This document shows positions 1-7,353 of a DNA stretch of 64,000 nt, piece by piece. The notes beneath the pieces are model-generated. The model searched no databases. It saw nothing but the letters and a program-made list of their open reading frames with translations, and had not been told where the DNA came from. The position numbers and the translations under genes are program-made. Each line of letters begins with the position of its first letter. Within the stretch, counting starts at the first letter, position 1. The DNA is taken from positions 23,782-87,781 of IMG/VR virus record IMGVR_UViG_3300031251_000007. The stretch is one strand, 5' to 3'. Source of the stretch: a virus.

Positions 1-125
1 TTCCAGTGCCAGCGGCCGAAGCGATCGCACGCGCCTGCGCCGCCGCACTGCGCGAGGCCGGCGTCTTCACGCTGTCGAATGACGAGATCTGGGTCGCGCC
101 GCCCGTTGAGGCGTTGAGCGTCTGA
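1..125 (+). CDS. 3' end of phage DNA (cytosine-5) methyltransferase (partial)
   Basis: Frame 3 reads PVPAAEAIARACAAALREAGVFTLSNDEIWVAPPVEALSV*. This resembles the C-terminus after motif X (GNAVP) of phage C5 MTases (...FxLSxxxIWVxP). Confidence 0.6.
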   Translation, partial: PVPAAEAIARACAAALREAGVFTLSNDEIWVAPPVEALSV

Positions 126-143
126 TGCTGCTCGATCTTCAAA

Positions 144-289
144 GGGAGCGCTGGCCGGGTGCTGATACACCCGACCAGCACCCTCCGACCACAGTCGTAG
201 CCTGTGACCCTCGGGCCCAAGGCTCCCCCGCCTCGTACGAAGCGCGCGGACCCTATCGGCCCTCACTCCACGCGACAACAGGAGGGTCA
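144..289 (+). ncRNA. Structured 5' leader of the D12 methylase (D12-methyl-like RNA motif candidate)
   Basis: Outer stem GGGAGC(144-149)/GCTCCC(222-227) encloses hairpins GCTGGCCGGGTG-ctgata-CACCCGACCAGC (150-179) and CACAG/CTGTG (190-206). A further hairpin lies at 228-249, directly upstream of the SD and ATG of the methylase. Confidence 0.55.
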
Positions 290-1060
290 ATGCGCAGTCC
301 GATTCCATGGATGGGGAGCAAGCGGCGGTTGGCGGGGATGATCTTGGAACGACTGCCCGAGCATCGGTGCTTCGTGGAGGTCTTCGCCGGCAGTGCCGCG
401 TTACTGTTCGCGCGCGACGAGGCCGCCGACGTTGAGGTGCTGAACGACATCGACGGGGACCTGGTGAACTTCTTTCGAGTGCTGAAGCATCACCTCGAAG
501 AGTTCTGCCGCCAATTCAAATACGCCATCGTCAGTCGGCAGATCTGGGAGTGGACCAAGGCCACTCCACCGGAGACGCTGACCGACATTCAGCGGGCGGC
601 GCGGTTCTTCTACCTGCAGAAGCTCGGCTTTGGCGGGAAGCCCACCGGGCGCACGTTCGGCTACAGCCCGACGGCGCCGCCGAAACTCAACCTCGTGCGC
701 CTCGAAGAGGATTGCTCGGCCGTGCACCTGCGCTTGTCGCGGGTCCTGATCGAACAACTCTCGTGGGAGAGCTGCCTCGATCGGTACGACCGGCCAACGA
801 CACTTTTCTTTCTCGATCCGCCATACTTCGAGACGGCCGGTTACGGCGGCGCGCGGTGGACGCGCGAGCAGTATGAGGCGATCGCCGTCGCGCTCCGAGC
901 GATAGCCGGCAAGGCGCTACTCACCGTCAACGACCATCCGGTGATGCGCCAGGTGTTCGCAGCATTCCCGCTCGAGCGCGTCGCGCTGAAGTACACGGTG
1001 GCTCGGGCCAGGGGTGACCGACCCAGCAGCGGTGAGTTGCTGATTCGGACGTGGAAGTGA
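290..1060 (+). CDS. D12-class N6-adenine DNA methyltransferase (Dam-like)
   Basis: Motifs PWMGSK, FVEVFAGSA, VLNDID and FFLDPPY. SD AGGAGG precedes ATG 290. Confidence 0.93.
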   Translation: MRSPIPWMGSKRRLAGMILERLPEHRCFVEVFAGSAALLFARDEAADVEVLNDIDGDLVNFFRVLKHHLEEFCRQFKYAIVSRQIWEWTKATPPETLTDIQRAARFFYLQKLGFGGKPTGRTFGYSPTAPPKLNLVRLEEDCSAVHLRLSRVLIEQLSWESCLDRYDRPTTLFFLDPPYFETAGYGGARWTREQYEAIAVALRAIAGKALLTVNDHPVMRQVFAAFPLERVALKYTVARARGDRPSSGELLIRTWK

Positions 1061-1070
1061 GGAGGAGTAC

Positions 1071-1685
1071 GTGAGCGACGAATCTGCCTCACGCGCCATC
1101 ACCATCGTCACCGGCCTCGGCCGCTGCGGCAGCTCACTCGTCATGCGCATGCTGCACCGCGGCGGCATGCCGGTCGTTGCCGACGACTTCGCCTCCTACG
1201 AAGATCTCCGCGTCACGCTTCTTCCGGCGCATGCCGAGTGGCTGCCTGAATGCGTAGGCAAGGCACTGAAGATCCTCGATCCGCACGAGCACCTGTTGCC
1301 CTCGGCAATCTACGCCTATCGCTTCCTGTGGTTGACTCGCGATCTTCGAGAGCAGGCGCGCTCACAAGTGAAGTTCATCCGCGCCAACGGCTTCCGCATC
1401 GAGTCGCAGGCCTGGCGCTGGACGGAGCGTGGGCTCGCCAAAGACGTCAAGCGGAGCATCGACGTCCTGCAATCGCGGTATCAGTCGTCCACGCTGCTGC
1501 CGATCCGCTTCGAGCATCTGCTTGCCCAGCCTGGGGCCGAGGCGCGCCGCATCGCTGAGTTCTGCGGCCTAGCGCCTGAGCGCGCGCCGATCATGGCCGC
1601 CTGCGTGAAACAGCGCACGCCGAAGTGCCTGCCGTACCTCATGGAGTACGAGATCGTGGCCGAAGAGGAAGCCGCTCGTGGGTAA
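1071..1685 (+). CDS. Sulfotransferase-family P-loop protein
   Basis: IVTGLGRCGSSLVMRML (5'-PSB-like), LTRDLREQARS (3'-PB-like) and IRFEHLLAQP. SD GAGGAG. Confidence 0.75.
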   Translation: MSDESASRAITIVTGLGRCGSSLVMRMLHRGGMPVVADDFASYEDLRVTLLPAHAEWLPECVGKALKILDPHEHLLPSAIYAYRFLWLTRDLREQARSQVKFIRANGFRIESQAWRWTERGLAKDVKRSIDVLQSRYQSSTLLPIRFEHLLAQPGAEARRIAEFCGLAPERAPIMAACVKQRTPKCLPYLMEYEIVAEEEAARG

Positions 1686-2232
1686 GGCGAGCCGCAGAAA
1701 GCGGGAACGCGAGCGCGCAAAGATGGACTTCGCCGTGTCGCGCTTCAACCTCGCGATGGACGCGCTCGCTGCCGATCCCTGCGAGACGTGCGCGTTTCGC
1801 GATCCGGAGGCGTGGATTGCCGATCCCGCCATCCCGCAAAAGCTCGCCGATGCGATGGCGCGCCACCAGCCGTTCTACTGTCACCAAGGGCTGGAGACGA
1901 TCGACAACGTGTACCAGCCGGCGCCCGACCCCAGCACGATGAAGATGTGCGCGGGCTTCGCGCGGCTCTACCGGCGATTGGGCAGTCGGTCGGCGATAGA
2001 ACAGTTGGCGGCGATTCGCGCGCTGCAGAGTGGTCTCTTGAAGCGGTACCTCACCACCGACGACGAGACGCCGAATCGTCTGCGCGGGCCTGGTGGTGTC
2101 GAAGCACTGGCCCAGGCGCTCGACGTCATGGCGGACCTACGCCGGCGGGGCATCGATCCTGAGACGCTAGACGAGCCGGACATCATCGCCGAGCTCGCGG
2201 CGGCAGAAAGTCGTGCGGGGGCTGTCCAATGA
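1678..2232 (+). CDS. Hypothetical protein with Cys/His cluster
   Basis: CETCAFR, FYCHQG and MCAGF motifs. Overlap-coupled to both neighbours. Confidence 0.65.
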   Translation: MGKASRRKRERERAKMDFAVSRFNLAMDALAADPCETCAFRDPEAWIADPAIPQKLADAMARHQPFYCHQGLETIDNVYQPAPDPSTMKMCAGFARLYRRLGSRSAIEQLAAIRALQSGLLKRYLTTDDETPNRLRGPGGVEALAQALDVMADLRRRGIDPETLDEPDIIAELAAAESRAGAVQ

Positions 2233-2930
2233 TCGAACGGCCGATCCTCTTCAGCGCGCCGATGGTCAAGGCGATCCTCGCCGGCACGAAGACGCAGACG
2301 CGGCGTGTGGTGAAGCCGCAGCCGGAGATGCTCAAGCCGCTCGGCCCGAACGGTACGCCGTGGCCCTACCGCGTCGGCCGGCCGATTGCCGATATGCCCT
2401 CGGCCCGTTTCCATGAGCCATTTCGCTGCCCATACGGCGCGCCTGGCGATCACCTCTGGGTCCGCGAACACTATTTCGTCGCCGAGGTCACAGGCTGCGG
2501 GTCCGGTTATCCGTTCGTCGTGTTCGACGATGAATGGACGCAGGACGGGGGCGCGAAAGAGCCGTGCCCGACAAAGCTGCGCCCGATCACCGGCCAAAAG
2601 TGGGGCAGTCACGCCGGCTTTCATCTGCCACGCGCCGCGTCCCGCATCACGCTTGCCGTCGAATCGGTGCGCATCGAGCGCGTGCAGGACATCACCCTGG
2701 ACGACGCCCGAGCCGAAGGTATTCCGCAGACCGCCGGCGAGGCTCAGGCACTAGGGCTGCATGATCTGACCAAGTCGCCAGGTCACGAGTGGGACAACCG
2801 AACGAGCGCCGAGAACTATGCGCGCCTCTGGGATTCCATCAACGCCGCGCGGGGCTTCGGCTGGGATGCCAACCCCTGGGTTTGGGCGATCACGTTCCGT
2901 GTACTCGAGTCGAAGAGCGCAGCGGGCTGA
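2229..2930 (+). CDS. Conserved phage protein, ASCH/PUA-like
   Basis: ERPILFSAPMVKAILAGTKTQTRR, CPYGxPGDHLWVRE, SRITL..VRIERVQDI..DARAEG and WDANPWVW. Confidence 0.8.
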   Translation: MIERPILFSAPMVKAILAGTKTQTRRVVKPQPEMLKPLGPNGTPWPYRVGRPIADMPSARFHEPFRCPYGAPGDHLWVREHYFVAEVTGCGSGYPFVVFDDEWTQDGGAKEPCPTKLRPITGQKWGSHAGFHLPRAASRITLAVESVRIERVQDITLDDARAEGIPQTAGEAQALGLHDLTKSPGHEWDNRTSAENYARLWDSINAARGFGWDANPWVWAITFRVLESKSAAG

Positions 2931-2951
2931 CCACCACTGAAGGAGACCGCC

Positions 2952-3446
2952 ATGCCATCGCCTCACATCGATCTGACGACAGTCCAGAGCAGCAACGTCG
3001 AAGCGGTCGGCTACGACGCCGCGACGCGGACGCTGCGCGTTCGCTTCAAAGGCGGCAAGGCGTACGACTATGCCGCCGTCCCTGCTGAGATCTATGCCGC
3101 ACTGACGGGCGCCGCCTCGATCGGCAGCTTTCTCGCCACGCAGATCAAAGGCACATACGTCGCCAGCCCGGTCGCCCCGGAGCCCGTGGCAGAGGCCGCC
3201 AAGCGATTCGTCAAGGCGTACGTCGAGCACATCGAATCGGACGGCGCCGTGCGCCTGACGATAAACGCCGACATCGTGCGCGAGCTCGAGGCGCAGCCCG
3301 ACGACTGCGAAGTGCACCTGCTGCTGGTGCAGCGTGACGGCAAGCCACTGGTCGACGTGCTCTATGACCGCGGCGCCGCGCCGTCCCTCAGCGTTGGCGG
3401 GTTGCAGTACCCCATGCCCAACCCCGATCCGCTCAGCCGCACATGA
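2952..3446 (+). CDS. KTSC-domain protein with C-terminal extension
   Basis: VQSSNVEAVGYDAATRTLRVRFKGGKAYDYAAVP...SIGSFLATQIKG. SD AAGGAG. Confidence 0.85.
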   Translation: MPSPHIDLTTVQSSNVEAVGYDAATRTLRVRFKGGKAYDYAAVPAEIYAALTGAASIGSFLATQIKGTYVASPVAPEPVAEAAKRFVKAYVEHIESDGAVRLTINADIVRELEAQPDDCEVHLLLVQRDGKPLVDVLYDRGAAPSLSVGGLQYPMPNPDPLSRT

Positions 3447-3510
3447 TGGGCGCACCGTGAGACCGAAGCGAGCCGCATTTCAGGGAGTACCGAATCGAGG
3501 AGCGCCCAGA
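3431..3510 (+). ncRNA. TIGR-like dual-repeat array, upstream segment (~2 units)
   Basis: gctcagccg-CACATGATG-ggcgcaccg-TGAGACCGA-agcgagccg-CATTTCAGG-gagtaccg-AATCGAGG-agcgcccag. These are the same repeats as the array at 4385-4656. Confidence 0.7.
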
Positions 3511-3537
3511 GTGCTGGGTGGTGAGGAGGACGCGGAG

Positions 3538-4377
3538 ATGGACGAGGCGCTGAGCGAAGACGAGCAACACGCGGTCGTGACACGGCTCCGGCGCGACGTC
3601 GCCGAAGCGGCGCGCACGATGAACCAACGCGAGGGCGAGTATCTGGTGCGCGTCTATCACCAGCAACAGCGCCATCGCCTGGCGCTCGAAGCCCAGTTGC
3701 GCAGCCTCGGCGGCGCACCATCGGCCACGCTCGGCTTTCTGGTGGAACAGGCGCGCACGCTTGAGGCGCAGGTGCGGCGATCGCTCGATCTCTGGACCCG
3801 CGATCATCCGCCCAGTCAGTGGGCGAGAGGGATTGTCGGAGTCGGCCCGGTCGTCACCGCCGAGCTCCGCGCGTACACGCACATCGAGCACTGCCCAACG
3901 GTCGGCCATCTCTGGGCGTTCGCCGGACTCGATCCGACCAAGACGTGGGAGAAGGGCCAGCGCCGGCCGTGGAATCCCGATTTCAAGCGCCTCGCGTTCA
4001 TCTTGGGCGACAGCTTCACCAAGGTGCGCGGCAAGCCGGGCGACATCTACGGCCAGGTCTATTTCGATCGGCGCGCCTACGAAGAGGCGAAGAATCTCGC
4101 CGGTGATTACGCCGAGCAGGCCGCGGCGAGTCTCGGGCGCGTCGGCAAAGAGACCGGCGCGCACAAGCATTACGCGGAGGGCCGCTTGCCGCCGGGGCGC
4201 ATCTTCCTGCGCGCCAAACGCTACGCGGTGAAATTGTTTCTCGCGCACTATCACCACGTCACCTACGTGCACGTGCACGGGACGGAGCCACCGCTGCCCT
4301 ACCCCGTCGTGCATCTGGGCCATGCACACGTCTTCGCGCCGCCGGCGTTCAAGAAAACGGGCACCGAAGACGTGTGA
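3538..4377 (+). CDS. Nop-domain / IS110 C-terminal-like RNA-binding protein, TasA-like (no nuclease domain)
   Basis: SD GAGGAGG then ATG 3538 (279 aa). Coiled coil followed by GIVGVGPVVTAEL...LWAFAGLDP...PWN...Y..Y..R...RAKRYAVKLFL. No DEDD RuvC domain and no catalytic SG loop. Flanked by a dual-repeat array. Confidence 0.8.
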   Translation: MDEALSEDEQHAVVTRLRRDVAEAARTMNQREGEYLVRVYHQQQRHRLALEAQLRSLGGAPSATLGFLVEQARTLEAQVRRSLDLWTRDHPPSQWARGIVGVGPVVTAELRAYTHIEHCPTVGHLWAFAGLDPTKTWEKGQRRPWNPDFKRLAFILGDSFTKVRGKPGDIYGQVYFDRRAYEEAKNLAGDYAEQAAASLGRVGKETGAHKHYAEGRLPPGRIFLRAKRYAVKLFLAHYHHVTYVHVHGTEPPLPYPVVHLGHAHVFAPPAFKKTGTEDV

Positions 4378-4384
4378 CGTTTCA

Positions 4385-4656
4385 CCTGAGCCGCATCAGC
4401 CGAGAGCACCGTGGTGTTGGAGCGATCCACACAGACAGGCAGTGAGCCGACATTCCGGGAGTACCGAGGTGTGGGAGCGAGCCGTCAACTGCGAGAGCAC
4501 CGAGGAGGTTCAAGCGAGCCGATTACCCGAGGAGTACCGAAAGGAGGAGGCGAGCCGAATTGGATCTGGGAGCACCGTGGAGGTGGAGCGAGCCGATCGT
4601 TCTGGGAGCACCGTGGAGAGCGGGCGCACCGATCGCTGTGAGTACCGAAGAGGGGA
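4385..4656 (+). ncRNA. TIGR-like dual-repeat guide array (~7 units, ~36-nt period)
   Basis: Repeat 1 (RGCGAGCCG-like) at 4385, 4421*, 4441, 4476, 4513, 4549, 4587, 4623* (* degenerate). Repeat 2 (RGAGYACCG-like) at 4403, 4458, 4494, 4531, 4569, 4605, 4639. Variable spacers of 7-11 nt, mostly 9. Confidence 0.85.
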
Positions 4657-4662
4657 TTCTGC

Positions 4663-5124
4663 ATGGGTAAGCGTCGGGGCAAAACCGATCACGTTCTATT
4701 CGGCGGCGCGATCGGTGAGGTGGCGCATTGCACGCGCTGCGGCGAGGGCTTGCGCATGGGCATGCCCGTATTGGTCGACGTGCTCGTGGCAGCAGGCAAC
4801 GCGTTCGCGAAGGCGCACAAGAACTGCCCGGATACCGGCCGCGTCGAACCGGCACCAACGACACCTGGGGAGTGGATCGCCAGCCGCGATGTCGGCGTTA
4901 GTTCTGCAACGATCTGGTCGGTGATGACCGGCAAGCCGTCGCCGCTGGAGCGGTACAACACGCCGATGGACGAAGCCGACTTCGGCCGCTGCGATCGGCT
5001 GCTGGCGTTGTTTCCGGAATGGCGTACGCGGCTGCACGAGGTCGCAGAGAAGTTTCCGGCGTGGCGATCCGTCGTTACGCGCTGGGAGGAACGCACCCCG
5101 CAAGCGGCCGGAGCGGACCGCTAG
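4663..5124 (+). CDS. Conserved phage hypothetical protein
   Basis: CxxC, then WIASRDVGVSSATI...PMDEADFGRC.RLL..FPEW. Confidence 0.7.
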   Translation: MGKRRGKTDHVLFGGAIGEVAHCTRCGEGLRMGMPVLVDVLVAAGNAFAKAHKNCPDTGRVEPAPTTPGEWIASRDVGVSSATIWSVMTGKPSPLERYNTPMDEADFGRCDRLLALFPEWRTRLHEVAEKFPAWRSVVTRWEERTPQAAGADR

Positions 5125-5126
5125 CA

Positions 5127-5303
5127 ATGGCCGGCCGCTCTCAGTCTACCCAAGATCTGCGCAACGCGCTCGTTCGCGCCGACGAGCTGTTCTCGCTGCT
5201 CCGAGACTACTGGAACAACGAGGACGACATCGGCGAGCTGATGCCGCGCATTCGAGAGTTTCAGGAAGAGGCACGAGCGATCCTCCGGAGGGAAACGACA
5301 TGA
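5127..5303 (+). CDS. Small hypothetical protein
   Basis: ATG directly after the previous stop. ATGA overlap with the next gene. Confidence 0.55.
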   Translation: MAGRSQSTQDLRNALVRADELFSLLRDYWNNEDDIGELMPRIREFQEEARAILRRETT

Positions 5304-5884
5304 ACATCGAATCGATCACTATGGCTAAGCCCGACGCGCGCGCCGCCTTCGTCGAGTACCGCGACGCCTTGAAGGCCCGACACACGGCCGAAGACGAAGC
5401 GCTGATGCGCGGCTACAAGGCGCTCGCCAAGGGACAGCAGGTCATCGACCTGCACAACGTGATGCGCGCGGCTGGGCTCGACGAGGAAGGACGGCCGCGG
5501 CTGGCGATCTGTCGCGCAGACATCGGATGGGTGCGCTTCCGTCGCTATGACAGGCGCTTTGAATTCAGCGACGCACCCGACACGTTCTGGGGCATCCAGA
5601 ATCGCCATCGACGACTCTACGTCGATCTACCGAAAGAGACGTGGCCCGACGACAAGCTTACGCGCCGCGACTGCCGCGCGATCGTCCCGCCGATCCCGCC
5701 GCGCTTCCGTCCCCAAGGATCACTCAGCCGCTACCACATCCTGTGGGAAGCCGAGTGGCAGGACGTGCCGACCGATCCGCTGCTGCTCAGACACCTCGGC
5801 GGCGCGCTGTATGCGGTGCTGGCGCAATGGGACCTCTCCGCATTGGAAAGGGCCGTGCTGCGCGGCCGGCTCGGGGCGCGATGA
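5300..5884 (+). CDS. Conserved phage hypothetical protein
   Basis: SD GGAGGG. GLDEEGRPRLAICRAD...YHILWEAEW..VP.DPLLL..L...LYAVLAQWDL. Confidence 0.75.
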   Translation: MNIESITMAKPDARAAFVEYRDALKARHTAEDEALMRGYKALAKGQQVIDLHNVMRAAGLDEEGRPRLAICRADIGWVRFRRYDRRFEFSDAPDTFWGIQNRHRRLYVDLPKETWPDDKLTRRDCRAIVPPIPPRFRPQGSLSRYHILWEAEWQDVPTDPLLLRHLGGALYAVLAQWDLSALERAVLRGRLGAR

Positions 5885-6189
5885 ACGAGAGGCCAAAACG
5901 GGGCGCGGGGCCTAGGACATCTCGCAGGGGGCCGCTGCTCGATCGGTTCTCGCAGCGAAGGCTCAAGGCGCTGGCCGATCGCTTCCATCAGGAGCGCATC
6001 GCCCTGGAGCATGCCCAAACGCTGGCGCGCGCCGGATTCCTTTGCGGGTTCTCCGATCACGATCTCAGCATCCTATGGCGCGCCGGGTTCTTGTCGCTGC
6101 ACGACCTCTTCATCTTGAAGCGCTCGTTCCGCAATGATCCGCGCACGACCATCCAGAGTGGCGCCAACCGGCGCAAGGCGCACCGATGA
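5881..6189 (+). CDS. Hypothetical protein
   Basis: ATGA overlaps at both ends. Confidence 0.5.
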   Translation: MNERPKRGAGPRTSRRGPLLDRFSQRRLKALADRFHQERIALEHAQTLARAGFLCGFSDHDLSILWRAGFLSLHDLFILKRSFRNDPRTTIQSGANRRKAHR

Positions 6190-6398
6190 AACGGCGCACC
6201 GATCGCCAGCTCGTGGACACCGCCAATGCGCTCGCGCGGCGCTTCTACGCGCGCATGGGCTATCAGGTACCCGAAGGGTATCGCTTCGATGAGGCGACCC
6301 ATCCGCACGAGGTGATGTGCTGGGAGAACGCCGTCGACGCCTTCACCATCATCGCCGACGTGTCGGTCTACGACGCGCTGGCCAACATTGAGGACTAG
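6186..6398 (+). CDS. Hypothetical protein
   Basis: Coupled ORF with a protein-like sequence (LARRFYARMGYQVPEGYRF...HPHE). Confidence 0.6.
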   Translation: MKRRTDRQLVDTANALARRFYARMGYQVPEGYRFDEATHPHEVMCWENAVDAFTIIADVSVYDALANIED

Positions 6399-6494
6399 GC
6401 TCGGCGCCCCGCGTTTCGCTGGTTTTCGCGGTGGCGTTTGGCGCGCCCGGCGCTGGTGGGGGCCTCGTAGGGAGGCTCCCCGCCGGGCGGAGAA

Positions 6495-6761
6495 ATGGAG
6501 GAGACAATGCGAGGCGATTTGCGACTGACCGATTTGGGACCGCGCCGGACAGAGAGCAAGCTGATGAACACGAAGGTGCCTGAGAATGTGCTGCAGGCGA
6601 TCGGGGCCGCGGCCGCCGAGCTCGGGTGCTCGAAGACGGATGTCATTGTGGCGCTGTTCAACGAAGGGCTGGATGTGTTCGAGGCCAAGCGGGCGGAGTT
6701 TGAGACGATTGGGGCGCCGAGGGTACGGCGGGGGCGGCCGCCGGTGGCGCGCGCGGAGTAG
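6495..6761 (+). CDS. Ribbon-helix-helix-like DNA-binding protein
   Basis: LMNTKVPENVLQAIGAAAAELGCSKTDVIVALF fits the RHH pattern. C-terminal RRGRP. Confidence 0.55.
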   Translation: MEETMRGDLRLTDLGPRRTESKLMNTKVPENVLQAIGAAAAELGCSKTDVIVALFNEGLDVFEAKRAEFETIGAPRVRRGRPPVARAE

Positions 6762-6996
6762 TGGCGCTCACGATCAACGCCCAGCGTAGAACAGGCCGAC
6801 GAACGTGACGGCGGCGATTGCCCAGATCAGCGGCGCGACAAGCTCGACGGCGCGGTCCTGGTCAAGGGTGACGGCGAGCTGGCGCAGCCGGCGGATGATC
6901 AACAACAGGTCTCGCATGCCAACCTTATGGGCGGCGCGCTTTTGATCGGTACGCCGTTGGTACATCGGCTCGATTTTCTTTGCGGCGGAGGTGGAG

Positions 6997-7353
6997 ATGG
7001 CGGCGGCAGATGTGGCGGCGATCGCTGAGCAGATCCGCGCGCACGCCTATGCGTTCACCGACGAACGCGAGCTGCAGGACGGGCTTGCCATCGTCCTGGC
7101 CGACGTCGCCGGCCTGCACCGCGAGCACAGTTTCAGCCCGCAGGACCGCATCGACTTCCTGCTTCCGGACGGCGTCGGCATCGAGGTGAAGATCGACGGC
7201 AGCCTGTCCGACCTGGCCCGCCAGGTGCACCGCTACGCGCAGCGCGAGGAGATCACGGCGCTGATCGTCGTCACCAACCGGCTGCGCCTGGCGGAGCTGC
7301 CTGAGACGATCAACGGCAAACCGGTTGTGGTGGTGAAGGTAGGTGGATTGTGA
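6997..7353 (+). CDS. PD-(D/E)xK nuclease-like protein
   Basis: E..LQ...REH...RIDFL...GIEVK...QVHRY. SD GGAGG. Coupled to the helicase. Confidence 0.7.
   Translation: MAAADVAAIAEQIRAHAYAFTDERELQDGLAIVLADVAGLHREHSFSPQDRIDFLLPDGVGIEVKIDGSLSDLARQVHRYAQREEITALIVVTNRLRLAELPETINGKPVVVVKVGGL

Noticed and set aside
125-289. N-terminal extension of the methylase
   Set aside because: The SD and family motif start at ATG 290. The upstream region is better explained as a structured leader.
3334-4377. Active IS110 transposase / insertion sequence
   Set aside because: No N-terminal DEDD RuvC domain and no catalytic SG loop after AGLxP. The SD supports a start at 3538, and the extra upstream codons run through the array.
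4558-4586. Guide targeting the 16S rRNA 3' end (TGGATCACCTCC)
   Set aside because: Partial resemblance only. The halves would overlap and contain mismatches, so this is not supportable by eye.
4385-4656. CRISPR array
   Set aside because: The repeats are ~9 nt and of two alternating types, with ~9-nt spacers. No cas genes are present.
4322-4924. ORFs with 12-aa repeats (STEV.ERA / EHRGG.SEP)
   Set aside because: These are translation shadows of the 36-nt array. Unit-length indels shift the frame, arguing against coding.
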